The notes under the pieces: model-generated
The model's database searches: none
Told to the model about the DNA's origin: nothing
Seen by the model: the letters and a program-made list of their open reading frames with translations, nothing else
Translations under genes and position numbers: made by a program
Shown: one piece after another, positions 26,801 through 35,108 of the stretch
How positions within the stretch are numbered: the stretch's first letter is position 1
How the letters are laid out: every line of letters starts with the position of its first letter
Source of the DNA: Marsupella aquatica
Lineage: Eukaryota > Plantae > Marchantiophyta
NCBI GenBank assembly: GCA_973895155.1
Contig: OZ316892.1
Coordinates: forward strand, 23,941,971-24,005,970
Length of the DNA: 64,000 nt
Direction: 5' to 3'

Positions 26801-27570
26801 AAATGGGACCGTGATAACACCTGTTGCAACCTTTCGACAACGAGAAGCGTCATACAAATCAACCTCCTCCGCCATCCAGTTGGAACGTAGTGTAAAATAT
26901 TTAAATGGAAGATCATTGAAAATATTTGAACTACCAAACACGCCAAAATCTCGTAGAGTGCCCTTTCTAGAAACATGCGCAACATCCCAGATAACCCAGG
27001 TATGCAAGGCCTCTTCTATTGTATCAGCTCCAGGGTGCGAGTATGACAATTTTTGATTTCCTTTAACAATATCATATATTCTTATACTGATGCGACCAAC
27101 CCCGAGTGTTTCAGTATGACAAATATCCATCGGATTTGTCTTGAAAACGACTCCATTTGCAACCAACTGATCAAAAATGAACATCTGAACTTCATCTCCT
27201 TCCTTGAACACGTCCTCTTCAACCCTTGCATCAATTTTGGATTTATCATTTCCAGCATCTCCAGCCAAAGAGAAATCATCGACATTGATTCTTCGGCGCT
27301 GAGTTGATGACCTCAAGTATGCCAATGCACAATCCCAAATCACGCAGGAGTCAATTGCCTCAGCCAAATGAATGTAGAAAATTTGGGCGAAGGAAATGGA
27401 AGTTGACGCGATCCATCAAAACACTTTTCAATCAATACCCCAATTCGATTGTCCCCTAGACAAATGTTTTGTATAGTATCCTGGGGGTCAACCTTTTGAA
27501 CTATCCCAATTGCCGTTTCAAATCCATCGATCACCAATGACACTTCATCCCCTCGTGTAAAATTGATCAT
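23849..27570 (-). CDS. DDE transposase with a Sola1/DUF7869-like core, three N-terminal Tnp1/En/Spm-like repeats and a C-terminal beta-rich module; one apparent frameshift near 27368
   Basis: 1172-aa ORF with CCKLKC, AKCTFC and H zinc-type motifs, IIHDKMDQ, LQMDNSGKDNKN and FLMVGHTHEDVD; the upstream 76-aa ORF (27570-27340) is homologous to the repeated N-terminal module and joins it out of frame. Confidence 0.85.
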
Positions 27571-27696
27571 GATAGCGGACTATCTGTATTCAAATAAAGT
27601 TAGAAATTGTTAAGTTCCCCATGTTACAATCATGTTTCAAAATCTGTACTCTCCTCCAAAAAATATTGTGAAATCACTCAAAACCCTAAATACATT

Positions 27697-28025
27697 CAAG
27701 TCGGGTCGGAATTATTTCGACCCTCCTCCAACATTATGTCTTGAAATGATTGAATTGACTAAACATTTACAAGTCGGGTCGGAATTATTTCGACCCTCCT
27801 CCAACAATATGTCTTGAAATGATTGAATTGACTAAACATTTACAAGTTGGGTCGGAATTATTTCGACCCTCCTCCAACAATATGTCTTAAAATGATTGAA
27901 TTGACTAAACATTTACAAGTCGGGTCAGAATTATTTCGACCCTCCTCCAACAATATGTCTTAAAATGATTTAATTGACTAAACATTGATAAGTTGGGTCG
28001 GAATTATTTCGACCCTACTCCAACT
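27697..28025. repeat. Five 73-bp tandem units, each containing the inverted repeat GGGTCGGAATTATTTCGACCC
   Basis: GGGTC starts at 27703, 27776, 27849, 27922 and 27995 (exact 73-bp period); an inverted variant lies at about 28118-28143. Confidence 0.95.
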
Positions 28026-29188
28026 ATTAAGTTGAAATTATGTCAAAACTATTTGTGAAACTATCTTGCTTATGCTTTTATATACCAGTTTAAAATGCTA
28101 GTTAAGATGACATAGTCAGGTCGGCACAAAATAATTCCGACCCACTTCTAGAAACTATGTTAGTAATCACATAAAGGGGTACAGTAAGTTCTACACATGC
28201 TAGACTGTGGATAAAGGTCTAGAAATGAGTAAAATATATGATCTAGAACCTAATGTGTAAATCTTAATCTAGGTTTGGCTTAAAGGTATTGAATTAGATG
28301 TAGTTGAGCTAGTACTTCTAAGATAAATAAATAAAATCACTAACCTGCTCCGCAATATATCTTTGCCCACCCTTGTACAAGCTAAATGGGTACCTTGGAT
28401 GCCAGCATTGTATCTCTTAGCACCACAGTGCTCACCAGTGCCCTTACTAAACCTTGCATTCAACCATGCGGACCTAAATAAGGCACTCGGACAGAGGAGA
28501 GTCAGTGATCGTACCAATCACTGTCTAAATGACAATGAACCAAAAAATGGATTGTGGGAGGTCTATACTCAGTTTGAGAGGCAAAAAGCCCACACATTAC
28601 CCAGCACACGAGTGGACACCAACAGATCGAGCACGGGTGGATGAGGCACGCACCCAGCACACAAGTAGACATCGGATAGGGTGTCAGCCAATCACTCACG
28701 AGTGATAGGTGAGTTGCGAGCACACACCGCTGACAGCTCGGAAGTTTAAAATTGGTAGGTGAGTCGCAAGTGGTCGTGAGTGGTCACACCATCGGTGACT
28801 CACGATCACATGCACCGAGGAGGGTCTCCATCATTGGCGCACATTGATGCCTCCGTACCCTCTCGGATCCTTGCCTCCTCGGACTCCTCGCTCGCAGGGG
28901 GTATAGGAAGGCAGGCCTTGCGCTTGAGGCCTCATTTCCTTGCCTCCCTCTTGCCTCCTCTCTCGTCTCCTCACTCCTTGCCTCCCTCTTGCCTTGCTCT
29001 AGGGCTTTTGTTTTTGCCTCGCTCTTGGGATTTTTTTTCCGCCTCGCTCTAAGGCTTTTATTTCTGCCTTGCTCCCTTCCCTTTTGGGTCACTCCCTCGA
29101 TCATTGTTTGCTTGTTAGTGCCCTCTTGCAGCCTGTGGCATTCTCCATTGCTGCCACGTGTCATCTTAAATCTCACTCGCCCCTTACA

Positions 29189-32100
29189 ATGTCTACTTCC
29201 TCCAGTTCTGAAGCTTCCACCACCACCGCCAGTTCTCAAGAGTCATTGAACTTCAATTATAACTCTCTGTATGAATATGACCCTGAAGACCCGGATGTCC
29301 AAAAATTGGTTAACAATGCGTTGGAGGCGTCAAAGAAAGCCCAGTTAACTTTTCCACGTAAGGCACCACCTGCTTCAACTTCTTGCCTCGCCCTTAGGGC
29401 GAGGCAACTTTACTTTAATTTGGATTTCAAACTTCTTATTAGGAAAATTTCTATATTCCTTTGTAGTCGCCTCGCCCCAAGGTCGAGGCGACGTCTACTT
29501 CATTCTAGATTTCTTGTTGCTCCGAAGGCGTATTGGACCTTGTATCTTACATTAATAAAGGATCTAAGTTAGCTATATTCTATTTTTTGCCTCGCTCTTG
29601 GGGCGAGGTGATGTCGTCTGCATTCCTCAAATGTAGTCTGCATTCCCAGAAGTTGCCTCGCCCTTGGGGTGAGGAGATGTTATCTGCATTCCTAAATGTT
29701 GTCTGCATTCCCAGAAGTTGCCTCGCCCTTGGGGCGAGGCGATGTCCTCTACATTCCTAAATGTTGTCTGCTTTCCCAGAAGTTGCCTCGCCCTTGGGGC
29801 CAGGCGATGTCCTCTGCATTCCTAAATGTTGTCTGCTTTCCAGAAGTTGCCTCGCCCTTGGGGCGAGGTGATGTTGCCTGCAATGTCCTCTACATTCCTA
29901 AATGTTGTCTGCTTTCCCAGAAGTTGCCTCGCCCTTGGGGCGAGGCGATGTCCTCTGCATTTCTAAATGTTGTCTGCTTTCCAGAAGTTGCCTCGCCCTT
30001 GGGGCGAGGCGATGTTGTCTGCATTCCTAAATGTTGTTTGCTTTCCTAGAAGTTGCCTCGCCCTTGGGGCGAGGCGATGTCGTCTGCATTCCTAAATAAT
30101 GTTTGATTGCTTGGATGAGGTGGCAGGGCTAATTGCACTAGGAGCAAAGAAGATTTTGCAATCTTCTATTTGTCGCCTCGCCCCAAGGGCGAGGCACCTT
30201 GAAAGTTTTCCACATGTCAATGTTAAAAATATGATGCTGACCATTTTGTTTTCAATGTTTCTTACCAGGAAAAAATCTTGAGAAGCAGGAGTTAAATATT
30301 ATGGACGAGGATATCAAGGACTTTGTTTTCCCTGACCAAGATACTCCAGGATTTAGATGGGCACTAGAAGTTGGGGTGTCGGCGGAAGGCAGTCTCTTGA
30401 TTTGTTTCAAGGGCCTCACAAGTCAATTGAATGACCGCAAGACAATTGTTACTCTAGGTCTAGTCGTCCTTGTGAACACGGACAACAACCGCAATGCAAC
30501 GATTATTGTTGAGTCCAATGAGAAATCTCAGTGGATGAGACTTCTAGTGCCAATAAAACTCTACTCGACTTTACTGAATGTTGAGTGGATGGCTCGATTG
30601 GAGATAAGCGTAGCTGATATGGGATTCTTCCCAGATGGAGTAACAATTGATCAGATGTTTGAGAAGATGCGTTCTCAAATAAGTGGAGTTGACCTAGTGT
30701 TTGGATTTCTCTACGTAAAGAAGCACATGCATGACAATGCGGACAGTGTGGACCCTCCGTCTACTTGGATAGTTCAAAGGATGATTGATAAGGCACATTT
30801 TTCATACGAGCAAGCAATCGACAAGAGTTTCATTTTTTGTCCAGAGTTTCAAGAGGCCGCGTGCCGGACGTGGATTTCAGAGATGAAGAAAAAAGAAGCA
30901 AAGCATAAGGCAAAGGAGAGAAAGAAGACAGTGGAAAGAAGTGCGCAATCAAAGACAGAGAAGAAACGAAAGCTTCAAGAGCCGGTTGTTCAACAAGAGA
31001 AACAATTTGGGAGTTCACGCCGTAAGAAGATGGCTAAAAAAAATGAAGATGATGAGGGCCCCCAAAAAAAGCAGACAAAGAAGGCAAAGGTTGTGAAATC
31101 AAAACCAATGTCAGGGTCGACTTCAAACTTTGTCTTGCATCCAAAGGATGATATGTGTCCGACAGAAGGACCCAAAGAAGATGATGTGCTCAAAGGCCAA
31201 GAGGTTTTGTGTAATATTGAGCAGTATTATACTTTTGGCATCCGCGAAGTTTTTGATATTCCTGTAAAAAGTATTAATCCGCCATCGGCCGTTTTTGTAT
31301 ATCGAATGTTCAATCTTTCACATGCAATGGAGATATCAAAGTCTATGATGAAAAACCCTGGACAGGAACCACAAGTTGTTGATTTGATTCCGTATCGCGA
31401 GAGCACTAAACAGTTGCTTCATTATGACAACACACCTCAGGATAGGAAAGAGTTTTTGATTGGTGTGAAGAAGCATGAGATCCAATTCCTTGCCATTAGT
31501 GGCCAGCATTCTGCAAGAGCTGCCCAATGGATCCAAGGGTGGGCCGAGACTGACGCCAAGCTGACAGATCTTGCCAACAAACTAAAGTATAGGAAAGCAA
31601 GGATCCTATCTGACCTCACTCCGAAGACAATTTTGGTTGAGCATTCAAGTTTATCGAATGTTGTCAATGATACTATGCAATTTAAGTCTTGTTTTTTAGA
31701 GACTATTGTTCATGCACGAAGGCAGTTTGAGGAGTGCGGGAAACCGCCGCGTCCAAGGATTGGGACCAATCAAAATACAGACAAGAAAAACTATCAGGTA
31801 CATGTTGGAGCAACGCAAACTATTCTTGATCCGCTTTGGTTAAAGATTGTCAATGGTAGAGGTTTGCCTCGCCCCAAGGGCGAGGCTGCCTTTTCTTGTT
31901 TTCCTTGGTTAGAAGATTAAAGCAAATGTTTGCCTCGCCCTCAGGGCGAGGCAACCTAGACTAGTCTCTCTAAGAATAATTCCCTAGTTCCGTTTCAGTC
32001 AATTGCGGTTAGATGTAGAGGTTCGCCACGCCCTTGGGGCGAGGCGGCTTAGCCTGTTTCAAACATAGGTATAAATTTTCTAACATATGCATTGTACCCT

Positions 32101-34411
32101 GAAACTAATGTCAAGTCCATTGGATATGCAGGATTGGTTTGCCCTGGCAAAGGTTACAATGGGGAAGTCAAGCCTAAAGAGCATTTATTGGTTACTTTTT
32201 GCCGAACATGAGCTCTTTGAATTATGGCGGAATGTGTGTGCAAAATGGTTGAGTGGGAAGCTCCAAGATGGGGGTGGTGGGTATGGAGGGCCAAGACCCC
32301 CAAAATTGATCACTCCCGGTACCTTTCGATGCTTTGAAGGAGAGATTAGTAGCAAATAGATAATTGAGATCTTGAAGGACGTTGAAGAGGAGCGTGTCTT
32401 GCTGAAGAAGGATATCACCAACAAATCAGAGCTTGTCGCAATGGGAGACTTGGCCCTTACAATCAAGATAATGTCCAACTTGAGAACAGTCATTATTGGC
32501 TATTTCGTGGAAAAGTATCGTGAGAAGTTTCCTGTTGGCACATCTTGGGAGTCTCTGGTGATATTGTTGCCTTCCTTGAAATCTGAGCTTGAGATGACAA
32601 AATTGAGGAGAGCAGCGGGTGAGGTTTACCTCAACAATTCATTGAAGAAGAATGTGGTCAAGGAGAGTTTCCCACAAAGTCTGATGGTCAGACTAGATGG
32701 GTTGTATTGTAAAGAATTTGGTGGGATTGGTCGTTCTTGCACGGAGCCTTTCTTGACATTTTTTAGTGAGAATTTGATGAAGACGACCGTGCCGGAAATG
32801 CTACAAGAGCCTTCGCCTTTGTGTCCTCTTGCCATTGTTGACTTCAGTAGGCTCCGACAACATGTTTGGACCGATGCTGAAATTATTGCATTACTGCAAT
32901 ACATTGTGGATCTTCCAAGAAATCCAACAATTGTTGTTGTCATGACTGTGCATCCGGGGCCACTTGCTGCAAACATTTTGAGTGCCCTTAGGAAATTGCA
33001 ACATGAAAAGGGAATGGACATCCACGTTGACTACGGGAGCTATCGACGGAGTGATACACCAGTTCCAGAGGGCTTACTTTTCAGTTGTGGTATGGAGGAG
33101 ATAATCTTTGCAGGAATCACCACTGAGGAGAAATTTGATTGGAAGCAAGTGTTCAGGCCTGGATTTAATTGCCAATTTTCTTACAATTCGGCAATCGACC
33201 CTGATTTCCAAGTGGAAGACAAGACGGAGAAACGAGATAAGAATAAGAGTAAGACAAGTAAGGAGACAGAGACTAAGTCAACTTCGACATTTCACATTGG
33301 AGATTTCTTACGAAAGGCTCCCATGTTTGAGATGGTGGGAAGTAGAGGTGGCTTTGTGAATATTCACGCTAAGCCAAAATGTATGCTGCAGAGTATTATT
33401 GAATTTTTTTCGGCTGAAGGGGAGACTATACTTGACTTTTTCTCGGGAGGACAGGTTATGAAGGTGTCATTGTTGTGTTTTAGAGAATGCTTTGCGTATT
33501 CAGACATTGAGGATGAATATGATTTCACTCAGGCATATGGAAGGGTTCTCTGCGAGAAAGTTCCTTCCATAATGAGTGACCGGATGGGTGGTTCCAAATT
33601 TGGGAGAGCCCGTGATGGGGTTTTCGAGCATGTTGGTGCCAAAGAAGGCGTAGACCAGGGCGAAGATGATATTGAGGAAGGAGAATTGGGTCACGACACA
33701 GACGACAGGGTCACCCGAAATTTGGATGAACGTGGAACACAAGTGGTAGGTATTCCCTACTTTGGTGTGGGGTTGGCTGATGTTGTGGGTCGACCTGAGG
33801 GTGACCCACCAAGAAATCCCTTTGCCGGTGTAGAGAATTGGATGCACCAATCGGACCTAGATCTTACATCGTCCACATCGAACGGACATTGGAAGGCAAC
33901 CGCAGATGGTCTAGGCAATATTGACGCAGTAGAATTGGGAGAAATGTCGGACATTGCGCTTGCAAAGGAGGATGATCGTCAAGTACCTGAGACCGCTGCA
34001 AATGAAGAAGAGAAGGCAGGTGCTTCAAATCCTCCCCTGTCTCCTCTATATTGCTCATCAGAGACTAAATTGGTTTTTACAAGTGCTTCTATAGGAAGCC
34101 CCATAGTATTATCATTTTCACAAAATTCTGGATCCGAGATCGGCAGGACTGGATATATGAAAATAGTCCGTCCTGCAACTCATTTTATATGGAGAAATGG
34201 ACCAAAGGTTGGAATGATAGAATCACTAGACGATGCTCCAAAGATAATGGCAAAATCAGATTACAAAAAACTGAACTTGAGACTGAGCCCAGTTTTTGCA
34301 CCCCCATCCTTTGAAGAACAACTTCCCAGTGGTATCAATTCCGAGATACAGAGTGTTCTAGGTGATCAAACAATAGATGAATTTGGGCATTTTAGCATTG
34401 GAAATTATTAG
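29189..34411 (+). CDS. Transposon cargo gene: ParB/Srx-like domain + beta-class N6A/N4C DNA methyltransferase-like domain; exons 29189-29357, 30269-31797, 32132-34411; one in-frame TAG at 32357-32359
   Basis: Phase-compatible GT-AG introns (c|gtaag...accag|ga gives CGA; cag|gtac...tgcag|gat). ParB-like: FDIPVKSINPP..YR..N..H..EISKSM..P..VVDL..FLAISGQHSARAA..KARIL. MTase-like: LAIVDFSR...EEIIFAG...NIHAKPKCMLQSIIEFFSAEGETILDFFSGG..KVSLLCFRECFAYS. The 3' end may be further spliced (candidate exon about 34482-34572). Confidence 0.75.
29385..30195. repeat. Intron-1 array of 11 palindromes GCCTCGCCC-NNN-GGGCGAGGC, eight of them in an ~65-bp tandem repeat
   Basis: Copies at about 29385, 29469, 29589, 29655, 29720, 29785, 29849, 29926, 29990, 30055 and 30175. 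Confidence 0.92.
31866..32045. repeat. Three further copies of the same palindrome in intron 2
   Basis: Copies at about 31866, 31932 and 32025. Confidence 0.9.
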
Positions 34412-35108
34412 CCATTTCTTTGGTTCTTGGTATTTTAATGACAATCTAAGCTTCATCTTTGTAATAATATACTTTTTTACAGACCAAAGTTCCGTCGTAG
34501 AATCTCCTTCCTCAAAGGATTTTGTTGGCATTCCCTCGGAAAGCGTTGCTGTGGAGGAAGGGTTTGACCCAGGTATACTTTGGATCTGAAAAATGGCAAT
34601 TGAATGTAATTAATGTTCTAGTGCCTGCCCTGAATTGTACATTCAAATGTTGCTCTAGTGCCTACCCTGAATTGTACATTCATATTATGTCTTGAAAGGA
34701 TATGTTTTGAACATGTAGGATAAAGTAAATAATTAGGATATATGCTTAGTGTGAGGCTCTCTCACTGGACTGGACAATTTAATAATTATATAGTGGGTCA
34801 ATCTCATTTTGACCCTTGATTTATGACCATCTATATTTTTTAATTTATAGATGGTCTGAGTGGTATTGGCCTCTGATTTTTGGACTAAATTAAATTTACT
34901 CTAGTTTTTAAATTAATTAGAATATATGATTTAAGTTATTATTAAAAATTTGGGTGAAAAAAAACAAAATTTTGGGCGTTCAAAAGTGTATATTTGGGCT
35001 GAAAAAAATTAGCTTTTGGGAATGCTTTAATAGAAATTTGGCCTGAAAAAAATAACTTTAGGGTTCATCTTATGGACTTTTAAAAGTACAGTTTTAATGA
35101 ATATAGTG

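Larger units (their letters stand above)
23259..35108. mobile_element. 11,850-bp DNA transposon with CACTA termini, perfect 20-bp TIRs and a 2-bp AT TSD; two divergent genes
   Basis: Left TIR CACTATATTCATTAAAACTG (23259-23278); right TIR CAGTTTTAATGAATATAGTG (35089-35108); flanks ggtAT|...|ATtgg; removal restores the gag reading frame. Confidence 0.95.

Noticed and set aside
27697-28025. 73-bp hairpin repeats as CRISPR or tRNA-like units
   Set aside because: Whole units are repeated without unique spacers, and no cloverleaf or A/B boxes were recognisable.
29580-30100. Palindromic repeat with regular spacing resembling a CRISPR array
   Set aside because: The intervening sequences are near-identical rather than unique spacers, there are no cas genes, and the array lies in a spliceosomal intron.
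29533-30281. Short ORFs (75, 117, 60 aa) in the cargo gene region
   Set aside because: They lie within predicted intron 1 and only translate the palindromic repeat.
23259-35108. Calling the element a canonical plant CACTA, Helitron or bacterial contaminant
   Set aside because: No TnpD/Transposase_21 or Rep/helicase motifs were seen. The cargo gene has spliceosomal introns and the element is precisely nested in a plant Copia gag.
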